From assembly GCA_964016885.1 (NCBI GenBank), contig OZ024743.1, positions 147,994,001 through 148,058,000 on the forward strand: a stretch of DNA of 64,000 nucleotides. The letters run 5' to 3'. Each line of letters starts with the position of its first letter. Position 1 is the stretch's first letter. Both the position numbers and the translations under genes were made by a program. The notes beneath the pieces are model-generated. The model had not been told where the DNA came from, ran no database searches, and saw only the letters and a program-made list of their open reading frames with translations. Positions 1 to 13,259 of this stretch are shown in pieces. The DNA comes from Eledone cirrhosa. Its lineage: Eukaryota.

Positions 1-70
1 GCATGATGATGTTTGTTTTTGAAATGCGCATAATAAAATACATGGAACTCCTTTAACCATCTTTTGATCT

Positions 71-75
<5 letters not shown>

Positions 76-156
<81 letters not shown>

Positions 157-1247
157 TTCAATAGTAACCAATCTTGAAGAGACTATATACTCTCCACGTG
201 TTCCACTTTGGAACAATGATTATTACTGTCATTATTGTTCTATTATTGTTCTCTTACTGTTACCTGTTCTATATACGGACACAAGTTTGCACCTCAAACT
301 ACCTGTGTGTAGTATATCACATGGATACACGCGTCTTCTCCTGTACCTCCCCCCTCCCGTTTTTTTTATTTTACCTATTTTTTCATGTACCTATTTATGA
401 AGTTACATACAGATTTTAGTGTATCCTAAAATATTGTAAATTTATTTATTTATTTTATTTTATTGTATTATCCTCTTGTGTTTATATTGGCGTGTTTTTA
501 TGTGTCGACCTGTGCGTAGGTACATGTATGTGTGTGTGTATGTAGATATATGTATATATATACGTGGGTGTGTACGGGGGTGTGTATATGGGCATGGGTG
601 CGTGTATGCATGAGCTTATGAGCGCGTGCATGTGCAGACATGTGCATGTATGTAAATATGTGGCACTGAGTGTGTGTGTATGTATGTATGTATATATGTG
701 TGTATATATATAAGTATATATATATATGTATGTATATGTATATATGTGTGCGTATGTACGTATAGCTACGAATGCGTAGGTGTGTGTATGTGGGTGCGTA
801 AGTGTGTATATATATGTATATATATATGTGTGTGGGTGCGGGTGTATGCATATGTGGGCCTCTATCTGTGTGTATGTGTATTTGTGCATACATGTATGTG
901 TTTATTTGCATCTCACAGGAATGTGTACGGATGATTATATATGGAGTGTATATGCATTTTAGTACTATTATTCTTTTTAAGGGCGGTAGATTGGCAGTAT
1001 CGGTAGAGGGTCGGTCGCCATGCTTTGACGCATAGAGTTACGGCCCTTGTCATTCTGAGTTCAAATCCCGCCGAGGTTAACTTTGCCTTTCATCCTTACG
1101 GGGTCGATAAAATAAAGTACCAGTAATGCGCTGGAGTAATTGCTGGCCTTGTGCCAAAAGTAGAAACAATTATTCTTTTTATATTACTTTATCATATATC
1201 CTTTGTATATATCCATATATGTATGAATGTGTGTTCATGTGTGTGTG

Positions 1248-1304
<57 letters not shown>

Positions 1305-1604
1305 TATCATGTTGTATAATATATTGATATCTTATACTTTATATTTTATATTTTATGTTATGGTATTTTACCGTTATTTTATGGTATATTGTGTTTTTTA
1401 TTATGTAATGTATTTTTAATTTACGGCTTTTTTTATATATGTATATGTGGAAGCACATATGTGTGTAAGCAAATATGCATATGTGCAGGTGTCTGCATGT
1501 GGCAGCCCGTGTGCGTATGCATATGTAGATGTATATATGTATGCATGTGTGTATGTATATGTATGTATATGTGCGGGTGTGCGTATGCATGTAGGTTTTT
1601 TTTG

Positions 1605-1671
<67 letters not shown>

Positions 1672-1950
1672 GTGTATGTAATGTTGTGTACGCATGTGTA
1701 TTTTGTATGTATATGTGGGCTTGTGTGAGTATATATATGTTTATGTATGTATATGTATATATATATATATATCTTTGTGTATATGTATGTGTATGTATAT
1801 GTGTATGTATATATGTGTGTATATGAGTGTGTATATATATAAATGTATATAAGTTTGTGCGTATGTATGTGGGTGTGTGTGTGTGTCTACGTATGTAGGT
1901 GTACGTGGGTGTATGCACGAATGTGTCTGCGTCTACATGTGTGTGTATAT
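76..1950. repeat. (TA)n and degenerate (TG/TA/TATG)n microsatellite field (representative; similar tracts recur throughout the window)
   Basis: Pure (TA)n at 76-152 and long degenerate TG/TA tracts; these generate the YI/HT/CV-repeat ORFs of the ORF track. Confidence 0.95.
981..1168 (+). mobile_element. tRNA-derived SINE, copy 1, with 13-bp target-site duplication
   Basis: A-box-like TGGCAGTATCGG and B-box GAGTTCAAATCC; four more copies in window; ATTATTCTTTTTA at 967-979 and 1169-1181. Confidence 0.9.
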
Positions 1951-2308
1951 TCGCGTGTGTGGGTGCTTACTCTGGAGTGTGAACAGACGTGAGAGATGCT
2001 GAACCCAGCATGACTGCATTGAAGTGTGTCGGACGCAAAATGGCTGATGACCCGTGTAGCAGTAAATACTGACCAGAATTTGTGATGACGTGGAGTAAAA
2101 ACAGCCAATGGCATGACAAGAGTGGAAGAGGGTTTTTTGAGGGTGTTTTTTTATGGTGCGCTTTCATCAGATAAAATAAAGATTTGTCTTTATAAATAAC
2201 TATTTACATACCCGGAAAACACACACCATTAACGGTTGGAACTTCCTGGATAGTCGAGATAATATTTTATTGAGGTTAATACAAAGTAATGAGTGAGTAT
2301 GCAAACGA

Positions 2309-2376
<68 letters not shown>

Positions 2377-2514
2377 GTTATTCCGGGTTGAATCGGAGGT
2401 AACCACAGTAAGTAAGGTACTCAATACATAGCAGAGTATAACAGTTTTAATATAGATGAGATTCTACAGGACTAGAACTGTTTCATTCATTAGAAATCAT
2501 CAGGAATCATATAT

Positions 2515-2583
<69 letters not shown>

Positions 2584-2605
2584 ACATATTTGTATATATA
2601 TATAT

Positions 2606-2656
<51 letters not shown>

Positions 2657-2859
2657 TGTATGCACATACGTGTGTATGTGAGTTTATGTGTATATGTGAA
2701 CGAGGTGTGTGTGTGTGTGCGCGCGCACAAAACGTCCGCCTAAATTCACAAATCTGCCATGAATATATGCCCACGTATCTGGAAATCAACTCCTGTCCGA
2801 GTACAACCAGTTTTTAGACATAGAAAAAACAACAGACATTTGCAAAAACGTGTTATTGA

Positions 2860-4860
2860 TGTTGCTGTCACTGATGACACCTTAGATGTTTTATCAAATT
2901 AGGAAGTGACTTAAATGTTGCACCACTCAGTGTGCAAGTACATTTCCTAGCTGCCTGAGTGATTGGCGTTTGGTGCATTGCAGTGCCGTGAAAGCCATCC
3001 GAATTCTGACACACTGTGGTACAGATACGACATGCAATATTATGGTGAATGACTATGACGTCTGCTACGGCTTAGTAGCCCATTGTTTGACACGCACACA
3101 CTCAGAAGTAAGTTTCTCATTCGAACACCATTCTGGTAGTGATTAACATCTCCCATATATTTCGCTGCTCACTTCTCTTTAGCATAACCCATCTGATTCT
3201 GTTCAGATTCCTTAACACCACTAGATATCAGATTTCAGCACTGGGCTTTGTGAGTGGCAAGAAGTCTTTCCATGCTTCAGTGTTGATATTGACCCCTTTG
3301 AGAAATTCCTTCCGACAGTCTTGAAGACTCCTGCGTGGTTTGCAATGTTGGCGTTTGTCTGGTAACAGCTCTCCATACAACACTTATTTTAAGAGTCTGC
3401 TGTCTTTTTGGCTTACTTTGTGACCTGATCACTGAAGAAGGTCTATCATGATCATGGTCTCGATTCTTAGAAAGCAGGCCCGCTACAGCACATCAGTGTC
3501 TGCTGTATCAGACCTCCATGAGATCTTGAGTATGGACCGCAAGTATTATTGTTGAAAACATTTGACTCGATGTATATTCACCCAGTAAGTTGGAGCGAGG
3601 CTGTAAGCACACATGCGTGATACACTTCAACTTTCATGCACACACTGATATTTGACTGTTACCACATGCGCTACTACGGCATATCAAAACATCAAAACCT
3701 CTTCCCAACGTGTGTTGTTTCTGGAGAGAGAGAGAGAGAGAGAACGAGAGGGGGGGGGAGAGAGAGGGACAGAGAGACAGAGACAGAGAGAGAGAGTCAC
3801 AGAGGGAGAGAGAGAGAGAGTACTGCCTAGATAGATGAACATATCCACAAACTTCAATATGTCTCCTTTGATGAATATGGATGATCTTTTGGCTTTCCGT
3901 GTGCATAAAGGTACACTACTGTCTTTTTCTGATTAATTATTAGCTCTATCTTATCACCTGCTGTCGTGAAGCGTCCATGAGAGTCATCATCATAAAGAAG
4001 ATCACTTACCGCACAGTAAATATTTTCAATGCAGCAAGGAATCGTCGGATGTGAAAAAAGCATTCCAGTCGTTCGATATAGTATATATATATATCCCAAC
4101 ATCGTTTTTGGTGAACTCTTTTAACAAATCAGATGTAAAGAGGATAATAAATAGCGTGGAAGTAAGTAGATTACCATCCTTCACGCTTCTCTCAACTGAG
4201 AAAGGCTCTAGGGGCTCACCATTGACGCAATCCACGCCCCAATTTCATCATTATTCGTAATCTTATCAAGGCTTCACAGCTGTAAGAGAAAAATTCAAAG
4301 GGCTTAAGGGCTTCCCTATTCACAACGTCAAAAGCCTTGGTGAGATAAATAAAACAATTGTACAGATCAAGCTGTTGCTCCTTACACTTCTGTATGGGAT
4401 GCACCGTAACGATCATATCTGCAGTGCATCGATTCTGTGATTCCGGTAGGGTGTGAGGTGCAACATGTATCAGCAACCGATTAAGAAATGTAAAATGATC
4501 CCAGGATAGTTGTCACACGCGTTGGCTATCTTCTTGAAGTGGGGCACAGAAATAGCATCCTTCAATCACACCTGGTGGTTATATGTTATGAAACAGATCA
4601 TTTACTTTAGGACTACCTTGTTGCATAACCAATATACCATCTTTTCCTGGTGATTTTCCAGTGTTCATTTGTTTCACTGAGAACTTAACCTCTTCCAGAT
4701 TGGGAGGATCGTCACACTGGTAAGTGTTGGGAGGTTGGTACATGGCCTCAATCTCACCGGATTTTACGAGAGATGCATGGCTTAGAAGGACGTTAATGAG
4801 TTCCTGCCTCAATTATATTAGGCATACGCAACACTTTGTTTCTATTCTTTGACCGGCAAT
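2860..4860 (-). mobile_element. Decayed RTE (BovB-like) non-LTR retrotransposon, RT region
   Basis: Fragmentary minus ORFs: PPNLEEVKFSVKQMNTGKSPGKDGI, LPESQ..RCTADMI, KCKEQQLDLYNCFIYLTKAFDVVNREAL, VNGEPLEPFSVERSVK, LLYDDD; many stops and frameshifts; boundaries approximate. Confidence 0.8.
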
Positions 4861-5366
4861 GGAGCAATGACTGTAATTGGTGGGTCATATACTGTACGCA
4901 GGTAATGATGTAAGTTTAGGAAAATGTAGATATATATCTTAATAGGAGACGCAACAAACTGCTTGAAACAGATATGAACCGAAGAAACTTGACTTGCAAA
5001 TCAATACCTATTACATTCAAAATTTGCCTTCACATAACTCTTACTATGATATTTAATTAACAATTTAATATATTTCACCATAGTTTTAACGTTGAAGGCA
5101 ACAGTTCCTCTATGATATTCTGCGAATATATCTAGACTGTAATTTTCAAATAGTGCAAAACAGCCGAGAGAAAATGAGTCAATGAAGACGGGAAAAGGCG
5201 ACAAAAACATAAAGATATTAAAATCTAAAAAATATATATGGAAATATATATATATCGTATATATATATATACTGTATCTTGCAATACACTGTATGCTTAA
5301 TTAAAAGTATTTCGAAGACCTTATGCTATTGTTTTAGAGTAGTGACAGATTCACTTACTTTAATTT

Positions 5367-5453
5367 TCAGCAAACAGGGGAGATAAAGCTGACAAGGCCC
5401 TGTTTCGCATTTATTGATGCTTATCAAAGCCAACTACTCCTCCTGTTTGCTGA
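5367..5453 (-). ncRNA. Type I hammerhead ribozyme (U3-A8 core variant), inverted copy
   Basis: Reverse complement reads GGCT-TTGATAA-GCAT caataa ATGC-GAAA-CAG GGCC TTGTC-AGCT, inside a long stem TCAGCAAAC/GTTTGCTGA. Confidence 0.8.
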
Positions 5454-5794
5454 AATCATGGATGTTTGGTTCTTATAGAATTCTAGTAAATAATCAAGAA
5501 CTGATTATTCAGAGCGGTTGCCGGTCAAGCAGAAATTGAAAATTAGAATTGGTGCTCTGAAAATTAAAGTAAGTCAGTCTGTCACTACTCTAAAACAATA
5601 GCATAAGGTCTTCGAAATGCTTTTAATTAAGCATACAGTATATTGCAAAATACACTATATATACATTCATATATATATATAGCTATTTCAGAGCACCAAT
5701 TCTAATTTTCAATTTCTGCTTGACCGGCAACCGCTCTGTATAATCAGTTCCTGATTATTTACTAGAATTCTATAAGAATCAAACATTCATGATA

Positions 5795-5881
5795 TCAGCA
5801 AACGGGAGGAGTAGTTGGCTTTGATAAGCATCAATACATGCGAAACAGGGCCTTGTCAGCTTTATCTCCCCTGTTTGCTGA
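5795..5881 (+). ncRNA. Type I hammerhead ribozyme (U3-A8 core variant)
   Basis: Core TTGATAA 5821-5827, stem II GCAT/ATGC, GAAA 5842-5845, stem III ACAG/TTGT with GGCC loop, GTC cleavage triplet 5855-5857, stem I GGCT/AGCT extended by TCAGCAAAC/GTTTGCTGA. Confidence 0.82.
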
Positions 5882-6335
5882 AAATTAAAGTTAGTGAGTC
5901 TGCCACTACACTAAAACAATAGCATAAGGTCTTCGAAATGCTTTTAATTAAGCATACAGTGTATTGCAAAATACACTATATATACATTCATATATATATA
6001 GCTATTTCAGAGCACCAATTCTAATATATATATATATATTTATATATATATATGGTGGCTGCCAACTCGTTTTCGAGTACGGCCACTACTTTATATCCAT
6101 GTAGGAGAACCCCTACTGATGCGCTGAACGAGTGTGACTTTTTAGTCCAGCCAGCGACTTGAAAACTCTGGTACAAAGACTACACTTGTGACAATTATTG
6201 ACACATAGTGTTGGGCCCATGGTACCATGTGACGACAAGTGCAGAGAGATCTCCAGATATAAAGCAATGCCTGTGCCGTGAAGCTTTTATAGTGAGCAAA
6301 GGCACTGCACAAAGCCAGTCCCACTCTCTTAACCA

Positions 6336-6406
<71 letters not shown>

Positions 6407-6410
6407 TATA

Positions 6411-6551
<141 letters not shown>

Positions 6552-6612
6552 GAAGTATTTCCGTCGGAAAGGTACAAGCAAAAAGAGTTCTCTATGTAGA
6601 CTACAGAGCTTA

Positions 6613-7078
<466 letters not shown>

Positions 7079-8944
7079 GGTAGAGGCAGATAAAAACATT
7101 TGCAAGCATATTGACACACACACATACACTTGATTATAGTTTCTGATTAAGCCACTAATTGGTGCCGGGCAGAAATTCATAGTTAAATCACTCTAGTCAT
7201 CAATGTACCCTGAAGATAACTCTCTTTAAATTCACTTTGAGGTGTCCATTTTTCTCGGAGGTTTCACCGATATTTGATAAGAATCTCCCGACTAGACAGG
7301 TGTACTTTTGTTTTTTTTCACTTCGCTTTCGAATTTATCCTTTATTTCTCTTTTTATTTGTCATATCTGCTTTATTCATCTGTAAACGTTGGAACGTCTA
7401 TTAATTAAATATATATGTACATATATATATGTATATATATATATGTGTGCGTGTGTTTGTGTGTGTGTGTGTATGTGTGTGTGTGTGTCTGTCTCTGTGT
7501 GCCTGTCTATATATGTATATGTATATATATACACACACACACATATATATATATTTATTTATATATATGTGTGTGTTTATGTGTGTGAGTGTGTGTTTGT
7601 TTAGAATACAGTAATATATCTGTTGGTTTTTAAATTCTGGTTTTGGTTTTTTATCATCTCTAACTGTTTTATTCCAAAGTAAGTGGTTTTAAAATGCTGA
7701 ATTCGCATCATAATGGTTTTCCGTTCAAACCTTTAAACTATTTAATTTTAGAGGAAATGCATTATTCGTCATAATTCATATCTACCAATTGAAATATCTA
7801 GTTTTTTGCCAGCAAATTTGGGAGCCTTGTAATGCTACAATCCTGTATCAGAGGTCGACTGTTGCAAGGTTATCTAAAAGTTTCGTTAATTATAACATGA
7901 GCCATCGTAGGACTCTCCGTACAATTACCCCACCTGTTAGAAGCTGCATCGAAATCTCCCACATAATTACATCTTTCATCACAGTATTGGTCCGACTATG
8001 TTGTGACGGATATAATAACATCATTGGACACAGTTAGATCTCCTTTGATATTACGCCTACTCAATCAGGGTTGAGCTGGGTGTAAACAATAAAAGTAACA
8101 CTACTTATTGCTAATATATTTTCCAACCTAAAAGCTTTCATAAGATTCCATACGTATTTATTTTGTTGTTGTTTTTATTCATCTCCATGTCATCCCTATA
8201 TTATCTAGTGTGTTATTTCCTTTTCTCGATGGTAGAATGCAATTTGAGAGGAGTTTGGTTGGTGTGTTTTTTTTCTAGCAGGACATGTGACCATGTACTA
8301 ATTCCGATGACAATTGCTGTTTTAAGATATTTCCCGTGAATATATTATATCGTTTCTCTTGCTGACTGCTAGTTAGAAACGCATAATTTACATAATATAT
8401 ATGTATTAATAGTCTTCTGCCAGTTATTTGTTAAAGTGTAATCATTTCGATAATAGAAAATGTATTGATTTTGAGTCTATAAAGTATTTGACCATATCTA
8501 GTTGGTATGGAAATTCTGTTTGATAACTTATCTAATAAATCCCCCTTAACCAAATCAGATCAAACTGGATACTATGCCTTACATAGTATACTTTGAAGGT
8601 TTTACGTTTTAACTGTACACCACACAAACCGCTTAATGCGATCACTGTGTGATGATTTTCTTTTTAAAGCAATAATCATTTGATATTATTATCTGTTTAT
8701 TATCTGGTTCCCTCTGTATATATATGCACTTGCGTATACCAATAACGTCAATCATAACGACTTAATCTTAAACACCAGCACATACAATCCCAGCACCCGT
8801 ATAAAATCTCATCATCTTTATTAGCCTTGTAGCTAGTGCGCTTTTCATTTGTAATCTGTAGTGATTAAAATGATTGGTTGGTGGTGCACCTGAAAATAGT
8901 GATAGCGGTAGTTTTATTTAGTTCAAATAATTTTGGACTTACTA

Positions 8945-9133
8945 ACTGTTTCTACTTTTGGCACAAGACCAGCAATTACCCCCGGTGCATTACTGGTGCT
9001 TTATTTTATTGAGACCCTGTAAGGAGGAAAGGCAAAGTTAACCTCGGTGTAATTTGAAATCAGAACGTAAAGGTCCATAACTCTATGCTACAACGCATGG
9101 TGCCTGGTGCTCTACCGATACTGCCAATCCACC
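8945..9133 (-). mobile_element. tRNA-derived SINE, copy 2 (more diverged)
   Basis: Reverse complement aligns with 981-1168 along its full length. Confidence 0.85.
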
Positions 9134-10895
9134 AGTTTATTAATGACTTGATCCAATGTTTATTTAAAATGTTCACAATGGACGTACAATTTTGTTTCAT
9201 TAAAAATGAGATGATACACTAAAAACCAACATTCTTAAAAAATAAACATCGAATAGCAGTTAAATAGAACGTATGGCACATTTATCCGAGTAAGGATGCA
9301 CGCTTTAAATAGATAACGTCTACAAGTTTAATCTATAGATTTAAAAGATAAATAAATTCCGCCGTATCTATGTAATTTTGCTATACACAGCACACATTAT
9401 TCAGTTTCACCCAAGTCAATATCCGTTACATACTTCACATCAACCTTTTATTCCCCAGATAAGAATATCTACAATTTGTACTGCAACGGGAAGTTGATGT
9501 TCTTTTTTCTATATGTGTATGACTGTCTGACTGAAGATATTATGTGTATGTATGTATGCATATTTGTATGTTTGTATGTGCGTATGTGTGTATACTTGCA
9601 TGCATGCAAGCATGTATGTATGTCTGTAGGCTTGTAAGTATGTTTATATGTATGTATTTATGCATGCATACGTTTGCGTGTGTATCTATGTGTATATGTA
9701 TGTTAGCTATTTGAATTCTTTTATAAAGAAGTGTCTGGTTTCATACTAAAAATAAAGCTCCACCACTGAAAGTTAGATCACAACACTAAAGAGTTGCATG
9801 TTGATTTCTATAAACGTTTTGCAAATTTCCATTTAACCGCTTACAGATTGATTTTCAAATTAGTTGCTTTCTTTGTCTTAAAACTCAACTGATATTAACA
9901 CTTATACATTTAGAAGGTAACCCATGTGCATCATTATCATAGAAATGAATGATAATGTATTACATGGATTGAGAATATGTAAGTTTTAAAGCGTCTTTCA
10001 ATAAATAGTTATACTGGTTCTGAATGAAATATTTTGTTCAATAGGGCAAAAGAAAATATTTCTATGCTTATATGTATGCTTAATCAGATTTTTCAAAACA
10101 CCTATTCTGTTTAAACAGATAGAGATAGCCACCTAAAACACAAAAAACTTCCGAGCGAATAGACATTATCTGAAAGTAAATGATAACATTCTATTTGATC
10201 ATTGACATTTTCGTGTAGAAACTTTATGCTCTTTATATTTATATGTGTGAGAAGTCAGATAAATATGCTCCTAAACAATGTTAGTAAAGAGATGTGTATT
10301 AACATATACACTTTCCTTTTCTTGATATAGCACTGTCAGGCTGGCGAGATTTATATCAACAAATTAGAGGGAAGATATATAAAATAACTGAAATTATCTA
10401 ACTGATCACCTATACTTTGACCTTTACCGAACTTAATTTTATATTTAATCCGCTGAAGACTAATTGATCTATTTATGATTTTATTGAAACAGATTCAATT
10501 TCCTGTATTTGTCTTCAGGATACTCAAACCACATAATGAAGACATAAGTAAATGATGATAGAACATTTCTTAAGACGGCTTCAATTTAAACATAGACTTC
10601 TAAAAATAATTTTGCTGACTTTATATTTATTTCTTCATTTATGCGGTACGCAAGAGATCCACTTCTACCACCAACAATAACACCGCCATTTTATTTGTAT
10701 ATATTATATGATGATGCTTAATTCGAAGTCGTAATTTGTAACAATAAAACTTGATTCCTTAACGTAGCATGAGTTCATAAATAAATATAGAGAAGGAAGC
10801 AATTTCGATTGCTTTATGACCGTCAAGTCTTTCTCAATGTCATGAATGAGATTTACTGAAGTAAATTAGATAAAATCATGGATCCTACATATATA

Positions 10896-10951
<56 letters not shown>

Positions 10952-10955
<4 letters not shown>

Positions 10956-11850
10956 CGTTTCTGAATTTCTTTAGCAATATTCTTTATCTGAAAACGTGTG
11001 TTGAAACCGATATTGTGATTTGCCTCTGTGATTTGTCTAAACATTGCGTCTTTTCTGTGTGTAGATTCTATTTTTATTTCTATGTTCTCTAATTTGCCCT
11101 TATGTTCTATTTTAGCATGTTGGTGGAGTACAGATGGTTCTTTTCTATCTTGAAGCTATCGCCAGTGTTCATTTAACCGTTCTCCTATACTACAAGGTGT
11201 CTCACCTATGTACACTATATTCTTATCTCTACATTGTCCTTCAGTACATCTTATGCTATATACTACATTTCTATTTTTACAGTTAATATGGGGGCTTAGT
11301 TTACAGATTATACATTTCTTATCTATACAGGGAGATCTATGAAAAGGGTAAGTATGGCTAATAAGTGTTTTTATAGAGGTACCTGGTACGTTCTACTATC
11401 TTAATATTAAGTTTATGTTTATCTAGGGCCCTTCTAATTTTGTAAGCTAATTCACCTCTAGGAGTTGTATTGATGAACATTACACTCTGGTATTCATTGC
11501 TATCATACCATGAGTTTATTCTATTAACCTTATTCCTAATTCTTTCTATTCTACTCCAAAATTTGCTCCTATACAAGGGGCAGGTCCTATTTGTATCATT
11601 ATTTACCATTTTTTCCCATTTGGTTCTGGCTCCTCTATATACTCTGATTTTATCTCTCTGATTGTAACCAGAGAACTGCACACGGTGGATAAAGTCTTGT
11701 ATGTGTCTCTCTAGTTCTTTGGGGTTGCACATGCGGGACACGTTACTCATCACCCGTACCAAATCTGCAATCAGTATGTTGATTTTAGTGTGATCCGAAA
11801 CAGCTGAGTTTCGGTGGATCAGATATTTGGAAGTCATGGGTTTGGTATAG
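10952..11850 (-). mobile_element. Penelope-like element fragment (RT thumb + GIY-YIG endonuclease), internally deleted 3' end, (TA)n tail
   Basis: YTKPMTSKYLIHRNSA...IKIVER (ORF 11358-11837) followed by NVVYSIRC..VYIGET..ERLNEH..RQITEA; 10952-11016 matches the 3' terminus of the copy at 45250-45312. Confidence 0.85.
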
Positions 11851-12740
11851 ATAAGAAATGTATAATCTGTAAACTAATCTATAAATCCGCAATCAGTATG
11901 TTGATTTTGGGGTGATCCGAAACAGCTGAGTTTCGGTGGATCAGATATTTGGAAATAATGGGTTTGGTATAGATAAGAAATGTATAATCTGTAAACTAAG
12001 CCCCCATATTAACTGTAAAACTAGAAATGTAGTATATAGCATAATATGTACTGAAGGACAATGTAGAGATAAGAATATAGTGTACATAGGTGAGACACCT
12101 CGAGTATAGAAGAATCGTTAAATGAACACTGGCGAGAGCTTCAAGTTAGAAAAGAATCATCTGTACTCCACCAACATGCTAAAATAGAACATAAGGGCAA
12201 ATTAGAGAACATAGAAATAAAAATAGAATCTACACACAGAAAAGACGCCATGTTTATCAAAGAGGCAATAAACATAAATGAGCTCCAAACAAAATTAAAT
12301 AGAAAACATGAATGGAATAGCAACATCACAACTTACAATTAAGGACAAAATGAAAATTCACACACACATAGAACAAACAACCAACCAGTAACATGTAAAT
12401 AAACAAATAAATTAACAAATATAAATACACACAGACACCCGGATGTAGCACATGCGCAAACTAAGCACACAACACACACAAAAACAAGATGGCGTAGGAC
12501 AGAACAAAGGAGAGGCACAAAAACAAAGAAAAGAATCCCCAGTCACTGAAGAGGTCACAGAATGTGTGAAAAAAGAACTTTGACAATATATGAACAATCG
12601 TCCGATTGTGGAACCAACAAACCAACCGGAAATTTATAAATTCTTAAATTTATAAATTTTATTTATAATAAATTGGAGTGAAAGAACTGGTGCGTGTGTT
12701 TCTTATTGGCAACATGACCCTGCCAAAGCATAACAATATA
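11845..12740 (+). mobile_element. Inverted second arm of the same Penelope-like element: GIY-YIG + 3' UTR with decayed hammerhead
   Basis: Reverse complement of 11027-11325 and colinear with 44365-45255; AGTCA CTGAAGAG GTCACA..TGTGA AAAAA at 12541-12585 (CGAAA lost). Confidence 0.85.
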
Positions 12741-12744
12741 TATA

Positions 12745-12816
<72 letters not shown>

Positions 12817-12825
12817 ATAAATATA

Positions 12826-12877
<52 letters not shown>

Positions 12878-12882
<5 letters not shown>

Positions 12883-12930
12883 ATGCAAGCGTGGAAGATG
12901 GACGTTAAACGATGATGATGATGTTGATGA
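12878..12930 (+). mobile_element. 3' tail of a second SINE/LINE-derived repeat ending in (GAT)n
   Basis: AACCCATGCAAGCGTGGAAGATGGACGTTAAAC(GAT)n; a decayed reverse-complement relative starts near 39505 (TCCATACTTGCATAGGTT). Confidence 0.5.
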
Positions 12931-13051
12931 TATATATATAACAAAAATGAAAATGGTGACGCTACATAAGTCTTTTAACCATTATAATTATTTCCACGGT
13001 TTCCATGCAATCGAGATGTCCATGCATTTGTTGTTGTTAAGATGAAATCCG

Positions 13052-13164
<113 letters not shown>

Positions 13165-13259
13165 TGTCTGTCTGTCTGTGTCTGTCTGTGTCTGTCTGTG
13201 TCTGTCTGTGTCTGTCTGTGTCTGTCTGTGTCTGTGTCTGTGTGTCTGTGTGTGTGCAT

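Larger units (their letters stand above)
5279..6024. repeat. 319-bp non-coding unit in inverted + partial tandem arrangement between (TA)n tracts (retrozyme / Penelope pseudo-LTR-like)
   Basis: GCTATTTCAGAGCACCAATTCTAAT at 5682 and 6001 (period 319); 5279-5563 is the reverse complement of the unit; junction microhomology CTGAAA. Confidence 0.9.

Noticed and set aside
482-2817. Numerous ORFs rich in YI/HT/CV/ER dipeptides here and across the window
   Set aside because: They are translations of (TA)n, (CA)n and (GA)n microsatellites, not genes.
10450-10500. CTGAAGA...GAAAC as another hammerhead
   Set aside because: No convincing stem I or III pairing, and not in a repeat island; likely chance in AT-rich DNA.
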